Shown here piece after piece: positions 48,135 through 57,783 of a stretch of DNA of 64,000 bases. Below the pieces are notes generated by a model. That model did not search any database. It was not told the origin of the DNA and saw only the letters and a list, made by a program, of their open reading frames with translations. Source of the DNA: an uncultured Balneolaceae bacterium (GTDB lineage: Bacteria > Bacteroidota > Rhodothermia > Balneolales > Balneolaceae). The stretch is from NCBI GenBank assembly GCA_964457025.1, contig CAYWDK010000001.1, forward strand, positions 30,273 to 94,272, read 5' to 3'. A program made the position numbers and the translations under genes. Positions within the stretch are counted from its first letter, which is position 1. Each line of letters starts with the position of its first letter.

Positions 48135-49265
48135 CTAATTGTTGCTTAGATGGGCTTTCCTGAATTCAGAGGGGGTCACTCCCACCTCTTCCTTAAAGGC
48201 CTTGTTAAAGGAAGTTTTGTTATTGAAACCGGCTTCAAAGGCAACATGAAGAATGGTAAAGTCCTTATTGCGCGGGTCCTTGAGGAGTTGTTGCGCTTCT
48301 TCTATCCGGTAATTATTGATGAATTCGAAAAAATTCATCCCAAGCTTTTCATTGATAATCTGTGAGAGATGATGTGGCGGTATAACCAGCTCTTCTGCAA
48401 GGTCATTTAACCTGATACTTCCTTCCCGGTACGGTTTTTCCTGTTTCATATACCTGAGCAACTGCTCGAGATAGCGGTCAGCCTGTGAGTCTTCCAGCGA
48501 CGACGATTCATATTTCTTCCTGAGCTCCGACTCACTCATCATATCGGGATTGATATGGCCAAGATATCCGACTGTAAAAATAAAACCGGCCATGGTAAAA
48601 GCTACCATATAATCATGCTCAACCCTAAAATCTATAGTCGTCACCAAGATAAAATAGAGAGCATAGCTTCCGATATAGCCCACGAAACAGTACGCCAGAA
48701 TCCGCAGCCACCGCAATGAATCATCACCATTGCTGTATTGTTTTAAAGATAGACGAAACCGCTCATACTTCACCATGAATAAGATCAAGCCGGCATAAAA
48801 CATCATGTGGAAAACCTTAAGTCCTGCAATCCACAACATCCGTTCGGTGGCTCCCTCCCCTTGTGCCATTATGCGGGCTGCCTCTAATTTTTCAGGCGCC
48901 GGCAGTATATAGAAAGGAGTCTTTAAGGCAAGAAAAACAACAAAAGGTATGAAGTGCACGAGGTTCTTATACCGAAAAAGCCGTTCCGGTTTTAACATTG
49001 ATAGTACATAAAGATACAGTACCGGCCCGAAGAGAAAAGTAAAGGTATCCGAAAATCCTATCAGGTGAGGATATACCAAATTATATCGGGTCCAGTACCC
49101 TACATAATCGATGAGCGTTACCGAAAAAAGGAACAGAAAAATCCCCAGGAGTATATTGGAAGATTTCCGGCCCTCTCCTTTAAAGAAAAGGATACCTCCC
49201 AACACCAGCCCGTGAAAAGCCGCGACTAAAAAAAGTATTGTCCATGTATCAAAAGAAGCATCCAT
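48135..49265 (-). CDS. AraC-family transcriptional regulator with N-terminal multi-TM domain
   Basis: 376 aa. The N-terminal ~230 aa contain 7-8 hydrophobic helices. The C-terminus is HTH_AraC (LNDLAEELVIPPHHLSQIINEKLGMNFFEFINNYRIEEA...ILHVAFEAGFNNKTSFNKAFK). Confidence 0.88.
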   Translation of the reverse strand: MDASFDTWTILFLVAAFHGLVLGGILFFKGEGRKSSNILLGIFLFLFSVTLIDYVGYWTRYNLVYPHLIGFSDTFTFLFGPVLYLYVLSMLKPERLFRYKNLVHFIPFVVFLALKTPFYILPAPEKLEAARIMAQGEGATERMLWIAGLKVFHMMFYAGLILFMVKYERFRLSLKQYSNGDDSLRWLRILAYCFVGYIGSYALYFILVTTIDFRVEHDYMVAFTMAGFIFTVGYLGHINPDMMSESELRKKYESSSLEDSQADRYLEQLLRYMKQEKPYREGSIRLNDLAEELVIPPHHLSQIINEKLGMNFFEFINNYRIEEAQQLLKDPRNKDFTILHVAFEAGFNNKTSFNKAFKEEVGVTPSEFRKAHLSNN

Positions 49266-49448
49266 AGCTGTAGATAAACATTTTCTACATAGTAAAAAAC
49301 AATAGTTAAGCTTGCTATTTTTTGTTCAAAAAACGACTTCTATCGAAGCCTTAAGCTTATAACCCCTTGATTTACAAGCTATTGTGGTTCTGAAGTTTAT
49401 TGCGTATGATTAATTTTCAGCTGTTTTAAACATCGAGAGGCTTAGCTT

Positions 49449-49802
49449 ATGCAAGTATTAATAGTTGAGGATGACCGCGTTTTATCCTTGATGCTGACCA
49501 AAATGGTTGAGCGTATGGGTCATTCTGTGATTGGCGCCGTGCCCTCCGGTGAAGAAGCGGTGGAAAAAGCCCGATCTAACTCCATCGACCTCATCCTGAT
49601 GGATATTATGCTGGAAGGGAAAATTGACGGCATACAAGCGATGCAGCAGATCAACAAGAACAGACACCATGTACCCGTCATCTATATAACCGGCAACTCC
49701 GATAAATCAACCCGGAATCGCGCCAAATCCACCAACTATATCGCATATCTTGTTAAACCCATAAATTATGACCGGCTTAAGGAGACCATTACTTCCATTT
49801 AA
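49449..49802 (+). CDS. Stand-alone response-regulator receiver (CheY-like)
   Basis: 117 aa with the acidic pocket VEDD, the phospho-acceptor context DLILMDIML, YITGNS and LVKP (conserved Lys). No output domain is present and no kinase gene is adjacent. Confidence 0.9.
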   Translation: MQVLIVEDDRVLSLMLTKMVERMGHSVIGAVPSGEEAVEKARSNSIDLILMDIMLEGKIDGIQAMQQINKNRHHVPVIYITGNSDKSTRNRAKSTNYIAYLVKPINYDRLKETITSI

Positions 49803-49927
49803 TCCGTCCCAATTGTTGCCTCATATCCTTTTTTTTATTTGCTTTAGGTATAAAATTATTCAGTCGAGAGATAATTAAGTAGTTGATTTTGCAAGATGTA
49901 CGACTATAACCCCTAATTGGAGGATGC

Positions 49928-50389
49928 ATGTACAAATTGAATGGGAGCTCATCCGGATGGTATCTGGTTTTGTTTTTCCTTTTTACCATTGATACCGCTC
50001 AGGGCCAACAGCTGATGTCCGTACTCAAAAGCAATTCGAATATAAGCTCTTTTGTCCGGGCGCTGGAAATAAATGGGCTGGATGAAAGATTATCAGCTAA
50101 AGGGCCCTTCACTATTTTTGCTCCGACAAATGAATTTTTCGATAAGGAGACTTCCGGCAAGCAGCTGGAATCGGACTCCATTCACCGCTTCCTGCTCAAT
50201 CATATTATGACCGGCTTCGCAACTGAGAAAAACATGCAATACATGTCAAAAGTGACTACCCTGGGTGGAGTCACCCTTGCTATTGAAAAAAGAGATAAGA
50301 AGATCTATATCAACACCATTGAACTTACCACTACCAATATTAAGGCCTCAAACGGGGTCATCCACATTATCAATGGAGTTGTCAAATAG
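49928..50389 (+). CDS. Secreted fasciclin (FAS1) domain protein
   Basis: 153 aa with a signal peptide. The FAS1 H1/H2-type motifs are TIFAPTNEFF and NGVIHIINGVV. Confidence 0.85.
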   Translation: MYKLNGSSSGWYLVLFFLFTIDTAQGQQLMSVLKSNSNISSFVRALEINGLDERLSAKGPFTIFAPTNEFFDKETSGKQLESDSIHRFLLNHIMTGFATEKNMQYMSKVTTLGGVTLAIEKRDKKIYINTIELTTTNIKASNGVIHIINGVVK

Positions 50390-51271
50390 TCCTGCGGGAG
50401 CCCTGACCTTCAGTGCCCTTTTCAAGATGCGAATATCAAATTCTGTGGATGAACTTAAGATTGTCTCCCCATCAGCATGAATCAATACCGGCTCATCCAG
50501 CCCGAGTGTCGCCCTCTCTCCTTTCCGGATAGTGAATTGCGGAAGCAGCGTCTGTTTTCCCCAAAAGAAAAGCGGGAGTAGCAGGGGTAATATCCATCTG
50601 GAAACGGGATCAATTGTCACAAACTCCAGTATCCCGTCCCTGTTGGACGCGCCAGGGGCTACTTTGAAATTGCCCCCTTCCACCTCCCCGTTGGCAACCG
50701 TTAGCATTAACAACGGTCCTGAATGAACCCTCTCTCCATCCAGTTCGAGCTCGCTGTAAAAGGGCCGTACCCTCAAATTGGCTTTAAGTGCAGAAAGTAT
50801 ATAGCGAAGGGTCCCGTTTCTTATCATGCTTTCGCCGGCGATCTGATTGGTGGTCCCGTCAAAACCAAAACCGAGTGTGTTGATAAAATAATGGTCGTTG
50901 CACTTTCCGGCGTCAACCGTAACTGATGTACCCCGCTCAATGATGGAAAGGGCTTCTTTAATATTGAGTGGTATAGCCAGTGATTTGGCAAAATCATTAC
51001 CGCTACCCATGGGGATGATACCCATTTCAGCATCGCTCCCCAACAGACCGATAGCTACATCCCTTGCAGTACCGTCTCCCCCGCAGGCTACTACTACATT
51101 GAACTCTTGGGCCGCCTCTCTGGCCATCTGCCTTATACTGCCGTGGCTTTTCGAGTGCCTGACAGCTATAGCTTCTTCCCTCCCGGCAAGCAGCAACTCC
51201 AGCTGCCGGAGCGCCTTGTCCGCTTTGCTCCTGTTTGCTGCCGGATTATATAAAAAGCACCAGGACTTCAA
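50348..51271 (-). CDS. Diacylglycerol kinase-family lipid kinase (YegS/DagK-like)
   Basis: 307 aa with VVACGGDGTARDV (the GGDGT motif) and PMGSGNDFAKS. The last ~14 codons overlap the 3' end of the convergent fasciclin gene. Confidence 0.88.
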   Translation of the reverse strand: MKSWCFLYNPAANRSKADKALRQLELLLAGREEAIAVRHSKSHGSIRQMAREAAQEFNVVVACGGDGTARDVAIGLLGSDAEMGIIPMGSGNDFAKSLAIPLNIKEALSIIERGTSVTVDAGKCNDHYFINTLGFGFDGTTNQIAGESMIRNGTLRYILSALKANLRVRPFYSELELDGERVHSGPLLMLTVANGEVEGGNFKVAPGASNRDGILEFVTIDPVSRWILPLLLPLFFWGKQTLLPQFTIRKGERATLGLDEPVLIHADGETILSSSTEFDIRILKRALKVRAPAGLFDNSIDNVDDPV

Positions 51272-52140
51272 GAAGCGTTTCTCCTGGATAGGAAATATCG
51301 CTGCAATATCCTTGTTACGCGCTCAACATCCTGAATAAAGACCCGCTCGCCCTTCTGGTGATAGGGGAAAATGGCGGGCTCAAGGGCAACGGATGGAACC
51401 GGATTCTCCTGCTGTTGCTGTTGGTTGAACTCATATCCGTAGTGAAGGTAATCATTGGTGTTATTGTCCAGGTGGATATCGGCCTCTATTTCTTTGAACC
51501 TTTTTACCATATTCTCAGTCTCTTTTATCAATGCCTGGGTGGGCTCAAGTTCGTTCAGCTCCCAATGCTTGGAATAAAGCGCCACTCCCGGCCGCCCTTT
51601 AAAAAGTGGAGTCGTGTCTACCGTAATGACCTCGGCGGGCGTCAGGCCCTGTTGCAAACAGGCTTCGGAAATCCTACGGGCCCCCATCCCGTGAGAGTAA
51701 CCCACTCCTGAATTTTTAAGCAATTCGGGATGCTCTTTAAGACCCTTGCTCTCTTCCATCTCCGAGAAGAAGAATATATACCCGCCATCATTTTCTTCTG
51801 CTGAAATTTCTGCAAGAGCAAGCAGGATGCCAACGCCGGCGCTGTCGTCCATGGCTCCCTCTATGAAGTGGTCCGCTACCCGTACCGGAAGCTTATCAGG
51901 GAACGTCTGGCCGTAATGGTTGATTTTGTCAATATGGGCTGCCAGTGCCACGCCCTTTCCGGGGGTGAAAGAACGGCTTTTAAAAACCAGGTTATTGCCG
52001 GCAACTTCTAACTCTTCAAAGATTTCCAAACGGCTAAAAACCTCTTTTATATAAGGATGAAGCCGCTCTTCATAACTGCTGAAGGAAGGTACGGCAGCAG
52101 TTTCCCCAATGTGCGAAATTGCTCGGGCAAGCAGGTCCAT
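51268..52140 (-). CDS. Metallopeptidase-like protein (M42/M20-type metal-ligand pattern)
   Basis: 290 aa. The ordered ligand-like motifs are AAHIDKI (HxD), AMDDSAGV, FSEMEESKG (EE), TVDTT and PYHQKG. It is shorter than typical M42 enzymes. Confidence 0.5.
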   Translation of the reverse strand: MDLLARAISHIGETAAVPSFSSYEERLHPYIKEVFSRLEIFEELEVAGNNLVFKSRSFTPGKGVALAAHIDKINHYGQTFPDKLPVRVADHFIEGAMDDSAGVGILLALAEISAEENDGGYIFFFSEMEESKGLKEHPELLKNSGVGYSHGMGARRISEACLQQGLTPAEVITVDTTPLFKGRPGVALYSKHWELNELEPTQALIKETENMVKRFKEIEADIHLDNNTNDYLHYGYEFNQQQQQENPVPSVALEPAIFPYHQKGERVFIQDVERVTRILQRYFLSRRNAS

Positions 52141-52154
52141 AGTTTCGGTTTTAA

Positions 52155-52505
52155 TCAGTCAGATGTAAAAGAGATTTCGAAATTACCGTCTGTCTCAGGC
52201 CGTAATTTGATCTTGTCTATTACGGCTCCAAGGGTTAACGGTCCATAAATATGAGGAAACTTCTCTCCTGATTCAGGATCCTTTTCATATTTAATGTCCC
52301 GATCCACCAGGGCCGTATTGATTACTATAAGTAATAGTTTTTTTTCGCCATTATAAAACCGGTTGGCGGTCTTTTGTAGCTGGTCGCCCGTACAGCAATG
52401 TATATAACCCTCACTTTCCAACGTTTCCGGGGCATAAACGGCACTGCTTTTATTCTCCTTCCACTGCTTTTCACTTGCGAGGTGAAATATCAGATCTTCT
52501 TTCAT
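52155..52505 (-). CDS. DUF952-family protein
   Basis: 116 aa. GYIHCCTGDQL ... FPHIYGPL matches my memory of the DUF952 pattern. Confidence 0.65.
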   Translation of the reverse strand: MKEDLIFHLASEKQWKENKSSAVYAPETLESEGYIHCCTGDQLQKTANRFYNGEKKLLLIVINTALVDRDIKYEKDPESGEKFPHIYGPLTLGAVIDKIKLRPETDGNFEISFTSD

Positions 52506-52510
52506 CTATG

Positions 52511-53476
52511 CTAATTCTCCGTCTGTTTTTCCTGATTATAAGCCAGATGCAGCAAGGCATCTCCTTTGTGTACAACCGGGGCATTATTCATTCCGATAAT
52601 GCGTCCGGTGTGGGTAGCTATGCATTTAAACCACTCCTTGCCAAAAGGATCGGTAATATGTCCCAGCACCTGACGCTTTTTAACGTGATCTCCCAACTTT
52701 ATTTTCGGCTGGAAGAGACCGGCATATTTTGCCCTGATCCAGGTGCTTTTGTTATAGAATTCGGTTTGATGCGGTTCGGGTGCCGAAGAGATCATTTCCA
52801 GATGCTTCATCACTCTCAGGGTCCCGTTTATGCCCTCCTGTATTCCTTTTTCGTCAAACCGGTGTGACTCCCCCGTCTCATAAACAAGTATATGCTTGCC
52901 CTTCTTGTGGGCGGCTTTTCGGAACGACTTATCAATCAGAGAGGAGTTTACCGCAAGCGGAGGGGCAAAAGCGTTGGCCAGCTCACGGTTTACTTCGATA
53001 TCAAAAGTGCAACGGATCTGGGGATAATTGCTTCGGTTGGCACTGCCGGTGTGAAAGTCGATTCCGTAGTCGATTTCCGGGATGATCTCGTTCATCAAAG
53101 TATAGGCAAGAAGCCGGGCCAGCGAGCCTCCCTTCACGCCCGGAAAACTCCTGTTGATGTCTTTGCCATCAGGCACTCCCCTCACATTCTGGATAAAACC
53201 GTACACATTCACCAGCGGTATGGCTATGACAGATCCTTTTTCCGGCCTGATCATCTGCTTGCTGATCATTCTCCGGATGATTTCGATGCCGTTTATTTCA
53301 TCGCCGTGAAGCCCCCCGGTAAGTAACAGTACCGGGCCGTCTTGCTTTCCGCGGTAAACATGGACCGGCAGGTCGATATTCGTATAGGTGGGAAGCCGGG
53401 CAATAGTAAGGAAAAGCTCTACCTCCTCACCGGCTTCAATTTTTTGCTTATTGATGGTAATTGTCTCAGGCATCAC
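52511..53476 (-). CDS. Succinylglutamate desuccinylase/aspartoacylase (AstE/AspA) family zinc deacylase
   Basis: 321 aa with the zinc motif [12 protein letters not shown] (HxxE) and a later FHTGS region. Its start overlaps the rimK stop by 11 nt. Confidence 0.85.
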   Translation of the reverse strand: MMPETITINKQKIEAGEEVELFLTIARLPTYTNIDLPVHVYRGKQDGPVLLLTGGLHGDEINGIEIIRRMISKQMIRPEKGSVIAIPLVNVYGFIQNVRGVPDGKDINRSFPGVKGGSLARLLAYTLMNEIIPEIDYGIDFHTGSANRSNYPQIRCTFDIEVNRELANAFAPPLAVNSSLIDKSFRKAAHKKGKHILVYETGESHRFDEKGIQEGINGTLRVMKHLEMISSAPEPHQTEFYNKSTWIRAKYAGLFQPKIKLGDHVKKRQVLGHITDPFGKEWFKCIATHTGRIIGMNNAPVVHKGDALLHLAYNQEKQTEN

Positions 53477-54392
53477 TCTTAATCCTGCGTCGCGTGCTTT
53501 TGCTCGCTTTACGTTCGGTAACCTTTCGTTCTACAAAACTGATGATCCGGCTGGCTATGTCTGTTTGTGTTGCACGCTCGATACCTTCCAGTCCGGGAGA
53601 TGAGTTGACTTCAAGAATAAGCGGGCCTCGTTCCGATTGGAGCATGTCCACACCGGCGATGGAAAGACCCATCGACCTGGCGGCAACCAAAGCAGCCTTG
53701 CGCTCGTCTTTGGTGAGCTTAATCAGCTCCACACTGCCTCCCCTGTGTACATTCGAGCGGAACTCTCCCTCTTTGCCCTTCCGCTTCATGGCTCCAACTA
53801 CCTTGCCGTCTACTACGAAAGCACGAATATCCTCTCCTTTTGCCTCCTTGATGAACTCCTGAACAATCACACGGGCCTTCATACTGTGAAATGCCTGGAT
53901 AATAGACTCAGCCGCTTTTTGGGTAGGGGCCAAAACGACGCCGACTCCCTGTGTGCCTTCCAGCAGTTTGACAATAAGAGGCGGCCCGCCTACTTCAGCG
54001 ATAATCTTTTTTACTTCGGTGGAATAGTTGGTAAAAACGGTTTTGGGCATACCAACCCCGGCTCTTGCCAAAATCTGCAGGCTGCGCAATTTATCCCTTG
54101 AGCGAACGAGCGCCTGAGACTCTACAGCGGTAAAAACTTTCATCATTTCGAACTGTCGCACAACCGCTGAACCGTAAAATGTAACGGAGGCTCCAATCCG
54201 CGGTATTACAGCATCTACATCCTGAATCTTAGTACCCTTATAGTAGATACAGGGGTTGTCCTTTTCACTGACCAGATCGCATTTGAGATGATCGAGTACG
54301 GTAGCTTCATGGCCGGCTTCTTCAATAGCTTCCACCAACCGGCTGGTGGAGTACAACTTGGAATTTCTTGACAGAACAACAATATGCATCAA
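53466..54392 (-). CDS. rimK: RimK-type ATP-grasp alpha-L-glutamate ligase
   Basis: 308 aa with typical RimK blocks ([49 protein letters not shown]) and a basic C-terminal tail. Confidence 0.93.
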   Translation of the reverse strand: MMHIVVLSRNSKLYSTSRLVEAIEEAGHEATVLDHLKCDLVSEKDNPCIYYKGTKIQDVDAVIPRIGASVTFYGSAVVRQFEMMKVFTAVESQALVRSRDKLRSLQILARAGVGMPKTVFTNYSTEVKKIIAEVGGPPLIVKLLEGTQGVGVVLAPTQKAAESIIQAFHSMKARVIVQEFIKEAKGEDIRAFVVDGKVVGAMKRKGKEGEFRSNVHRGGSVELIKLTKDERKAALVAARSMGLSIAGVDMLQSERGPLILEVNSSPGLEGIERATQTDIASRIISFVERKVTERKASKSTRRRIKSDA

Positions 54393-54407
54393 TAGTTTTG
54401 TTTTTAA

Positions 54408-54860
54408 TTATGTGATTTTCTTTGATAAAAACTTCTTCGACACGTCCACCAGAAAATTACCGCGAATCAGCCTTCGCCCGATAAGTACCGGATATTTCAT
54501 TTCCGACCGGTCGGTCAGTGAAAGCTGTATCTCCAGTTCTTTTCCCATGATTACAATCTTTGTTTCAACGATGATCCGGTCTTCAGAAACACCATTGGAA
54601 CTTTTCACGCTTTTAACCTTGTGAATGGGCAGCTGAAAGAGCTTGTCGTTATAAGTATCGTGAGAGGGATCAAGCAGATTGAAACGAACCATTTCCCGTC
54701 CCTCCTCTTTATACCTTTCTATCCGGTGGCAATGCAGGCTGGAAGTATAGGCGCCGGTGTCTATCTTTGCCTTTATCCCGAAAAGATCCCAGTCAGGGAA
54801 ATCGACCAACTCCGCCCTTCCGATTATATTCGGTTTTTCAGTATTATTTTCTGCTTTCAT
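54408..54860 (-). CDS. DUF785 / 'ATP-dependent zinc protease' family retropepsin-like protein (RimB-like)
   Basis: 150 aa. IGRAELVDFPDWDL...KAKIDTGAYTSSLH carries a D-T-G-A aspartic-protease-type motif. It lies 15 nt upstream of rimK, the usual partner. Confidence 0.78.
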   Translation of the reverse strand: MKAENNTEKPNIIGRAELVDFPDWDLFGIKAKIDTGAYTSSLHCHRIERYKEEGREMVRFNLLDPSHDTYNDKLFQLPIHKVKSVKSSNGVSEDRIIVETKIVIMGKELEIQLSLTDRSEMKYPVLIGRRLIRGNFLVDVSKKFLSKKIT

Positions 54861-55016
54861 GGCATAAAGAAGCAGTGCAAAATTTGTGTTAAAGTATACA
54901 AGTTATTCTGCTTTCTATCATCCATTTATTACTTTCGTCAAATTCTTTTTTATTCGAATATCATTTATAATTTTCCAATGTCATTTTTTCTACCCAAACA
55001 GATATCAGAAATCCTC

Positions 55017-55877
55017 ATGACTCACACTATGCCAATCCGTTTTCGCTCACCGGGCTTATTTCTCATCATTTTTGCCATGGTTGCTTCTACAGCCTGTACT
55101 GGAAGCAAAAGCACGCTGAACCATTCCACTACCAGTGCCACTTTATGGGTTCAAAACGCAGCTGAATATGAGGCGTTGGGAAGTCTGATCTATCAAACGG
55201 CAACCTCGAACCTTGCACTTGCTATAGAAGATTCGTACTGGACGGCCTCTGTCGAGCAGGGAGAACAATACCAATCCCTCCCTCCTGCCATTATCCTGGA
55301 TGTAGATGAAACCGTGCTGGATAACTCCCCTTTTCAGGCCCGGATGATTGAGCAAAACAGCAGCTTTAATCCCGAAGCCTGGAATGAATGGGTTATGGAA
55401 GCGAATGCCGAAGCCGTACCAGGTGCTCTAGAATTCACCCGGCTGGCCGCAGAAAAAGGAGTACAGATCTTTTATGTGACCAATCGCGAAGCCGAAGTTG
55501 AGAGCGGCACCCGTAAAAATCTTAAGGAACTTGGCTTCCCGCTTGACGATGAAAAAGATGTTATCCTCTCAAAAAACGAAAGAGAGAACTGGACTTCTGC
55601 AAAAACAGAGCGACGGGCCTTTCTGGCAGACCGGTACCGGATTCTTATGCTTTTCGGTGATGATCTCAACGATTTTGTTTCTGCTAAAAATATCAGCGAA
55701 CAGGAGCGATCTAAGCTGGTCAATGAACACCGCAAAAAATGGGGGCGGAGCTGGTATATTCTGCCGAATCCGGTATACGGTTCATGGGAACAGGCACTTT
55801 ACAATTTTAACGACGGTCTGAGTACGGAACAGATCGAGGCAGTAAAAGAGAGCAAACTTGATACCAAGCAGCAATAG
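55017..55877 (+). CDS. 5'-nucleotidase / class C acid phosphatase, lipoprotein e(P4) family (HAD superfamily)
   Basis: It has a lipobox (MVASTAC) and DDDD-type motifs (ILDVDETVLDNSP and LFGDDLNDF). The start is ATG 55017 or 55029. The supplied 418-aa ORF start at 54621 is read-through antisense to the DUF785 gene. Confidence 0.85.
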   Translation: MTHTMPIRFRSPGLFLIIFAMVASTACTGSKSTLNHSTTSATLWVQNAAEYEALGSLIYQTATSNLALAIEDSYWTASVEQGEQYQSLPPAIILDVDETVLDNSPFQARMIEQNSSFNPEAWNEWVMEANAEAVPGALEFTRLAAEKGVQIFYVTNREAEVESGTRKNLKELGFPLDDEKDVILSKNERENWTSAKTERRAFLADRYRILMLFGDDLNDFVSAKNISEQERSKLVNEHRKKWGRSWYILPNPVYGSWEQALYNFNDGLSTEQIEAVKESKLDTKQQ

Positions 55878-56004
55878 TTTAACGAATAGAGGCTATCTTC
55901 GTCTTATATATAAAAGCTTAATGCACAAACGTTTACTTGCAACTCTTAGAAAACTTCTTTTCTATTAGAGTCGAATACACCCCATAAATAACCATCACAA
56001 TACT

Positions 56005-56412
56005 ATGGATGAAAAAGAATCGGGAAGCCAGGTCACCCTTCAAAACGTATCCGTACTAAGCGGCCAAAATATGGTGTCGATTATTGACAAAATGGCTTCG
56101 CACATGAAGTTTTTTGCGATATTCTACATTGTGTACGGTGCTATCATGTGCCTCACTATTTTTGGTGCAATCATCGGTATACCCATGATTATCTACAACC
56201 TGAAGTTAAAGGAATCAGCCGATCAGTTTCGTGAATTTTCCGGTTCAAAGGATTTCTTTGTGCTTAACAAGGCACTCGAGAACCAAGAAAAATTCTTCTT
56301 CTTCCATAAGGTACTGCTTATTATCAGTATCATCTTCATGATACTCTATATAACCTTCCTCATCGTTTTTGGAGCGTCCCTCTTTATGGATATGAGCCAA
56401 AACTTTGCCTGA
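56005..56412 (+). CDS. Small membrane protein, unknown function
   Basis: 135 aa with two long hydrophobic helices. It is followed by a strong terminator. Confidence 0.55.
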   Translation: MDEKESGSQVTLQNVSVLSGQNMVSIIDKMASHMKFFAIFYIVYGAIMCLTIFGAIIGIPMIIYNLKLKESADQFREFSGSKDFFVLNKALENQEKFFFFHKVLLIISIIFMILYITFLIVFGASLFMDMSQNFA

Positions 56413-56445
56413 CCACCACATCTTAATTCCTCAATCGTGTACAAT

Positions 56446-56478
56446 AAAAAGGCCTGCTCGGGGCGAGCAGGCCTTTAA
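56446..56478. terminator. Bidirectional rho-independent terminator between convergent genes
   Basis: A perfect 10-bp GC-rich stem pairs ggcctgctcg (56451-56460) with cgagcaggcc (56464-56473). An A5 tract precedes it and ttt follows. The minus-strand reading gives the better U-tract. Confidence 0.75.
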
Positions 56479-56501
56479 AGGGTTAGCGTCTGTAGATTAG
56501 G

Positions 56502-57770
56502 TCAGGTTGCACTCTTTGAATTTGAAGTCTTTTCCCTGGCCAGCATAACACCCAGCACAACTATAGCCAGTACGCTGGCTCCAAAAAGGTATACCAGCAA
56601 ATTCGATTCAGGTTCCGCATGCATAGCCCACTGGTCAAGCTGTTGATCTATTGAAGCCATCTGCCTGCCCGAAAGTATATCTCCTTCTGTCATAAATGTG
56701 GACCATTCCGCTTTTATCCGGTTCGTCCAAAAATTACTGAACTGCTGATACTGCTTCTGTTCTGCTTCTGAACTGTTCTTCTCACTTGCCTTGATAGACT
56801 CTGAAAGGTAAGAGTTCAGCGTATTGTAGAATGTTTCGCTGTCGGTAAACTTAGGTAAGCTGATACCCTCTGCAGAAAATGCCCGGTTCAGGGAACCCCA
56901 CGTCTGGGTTTCGATCTTATTACCCCAGGTTGAGATTGCCTGTCCGGTCTTGGTCAGGGTCTCTTCTTTATTGCTTTCACTATAAATATCTACCAGCCGT
57001 TCACCTACCTTGCTCCACATTTCAGAAACCTGTTGCTGAACATTGTTCATCCGAAGATATTCACCGGTTGTCAAATCAGGATTTGAGCTGAGGAACTCCA
57101 GGTTGGCATCGGTGATAGTTTGGATCATATCCAGGGCATCACGACCAGTATCCAGCTGAGATGCCTTGGGAGCATTCTCCATCTCTTGCAATGATTTGGT
57201 ATCCAACTGACGATAGGCAATCAAGATGGAGTCTACAAAAGAGAGGATCAGCTCGTCTCTTTGTTCCAGGCTCCTGCGATAGCGCCGGTTCATAGCGGCA
57301 AGCTCTTTTTCGCTTTGCACCGACTTGCTTATGGCATTGCGGAGAGAGTCTGTACGGTCTGTCAGCCTTTTCATGCTGCTGTCATAGGAAGCCAGCTGAG
57401 TATTCAGCTCTTGCAACTTCTCCTCCTGGTTTTCAATAAGTACCAGTTTTTCACGGACCGAGACAGCCTGTTGCTTGAGCTCTTCCATCTCCTGTTCATA
57501 GGTCTCAGGGTAAAGGACCTTATTTAGCAAGTCGGAGTGAGCGGAATATGAACTGTCCAGAGACTTGATCTGCTCGATAAGCGAGTCGACCTTAGCACTG
57601 GACTGAACACGCTCCAATTGTTGATCAATCGTTTTGTACTGCTGCTTGAATTCCTGCTGCAACTCATAGTCCGACTGCTGCTGGGAAAAACCAGCGGTAG
57701 TGCCGGCAAGCAATATCGAAATACAGAGGAAAAGAGGTAGTATGTAGTATCTGTTAGTCAAAGTTTTCAT
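56502..57770 (-). CDS. Exported coiled-coil protein with C-terminal TM anchor, unknown function
   Basis: 422 aa with a signal peptide (YILPLFLCISILLAGTTAGFSQ). Long heptad-like Q/E/L-rich stretches run through the protein. The C-terminal helix is LLVYLFGASVLAIVVLGVMLA. Confidence 0.6.
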   Translation of the reverse strand: MKTLTNRYYILPLFLCISILLAGTTAGFSQQQSDYELQQEFKQQYKTIDQQLERVQSSAKVDSLIEQIKSLDSSYSAHSDLLNKVLYPETYEQEMEELKQQAVSVREKLVLIENQEEKLQELNTQLASYDSSMKRLTDRTDSLRNAISKSVQSEKELAAMNRRYRRSLEQRDELILSFVDSILIAYRQLDTKSLQEMENAPKASQLDTGRDALDMIQTITDANLEFLSSNPDLTTGEYLRMNNVQQQVSEMWSKVGERLVDIYSESNKEETLTKTGQAISTWGNKIETQTWGSLNRAFSAEGISLPKFTDSETFYNTLNSYLSESIKASEKNSSEAEQKQYQQFSNFWTNRIKAEWSTFMTEGDILSGRQMASIDQQLDQWAMHAEPESNLLVYLFGASVLAIVVLGVMLAREKTSNSKSAT

Positions 57771-57783
57771 AGCCGTCTCCTCC

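Noticed and set aside
49825-49845. T8 run after the response-regulator gene, considered as a possible terminator
   Set aside because: I could not find a complementary stem immediately upstream of the T-run, so it is not called as an intrinsic terminator.
54621-55016. Long N-terminal extension of the phosphatase ORF (supplied as 418 aa), overlapping the DUF785 gene on the other strand
   Set aside because: The extension is antisense read-through with no homology-like features. The e(P4)-type lipoprotein signal peptide begins at the Met at 55017 or 55029.
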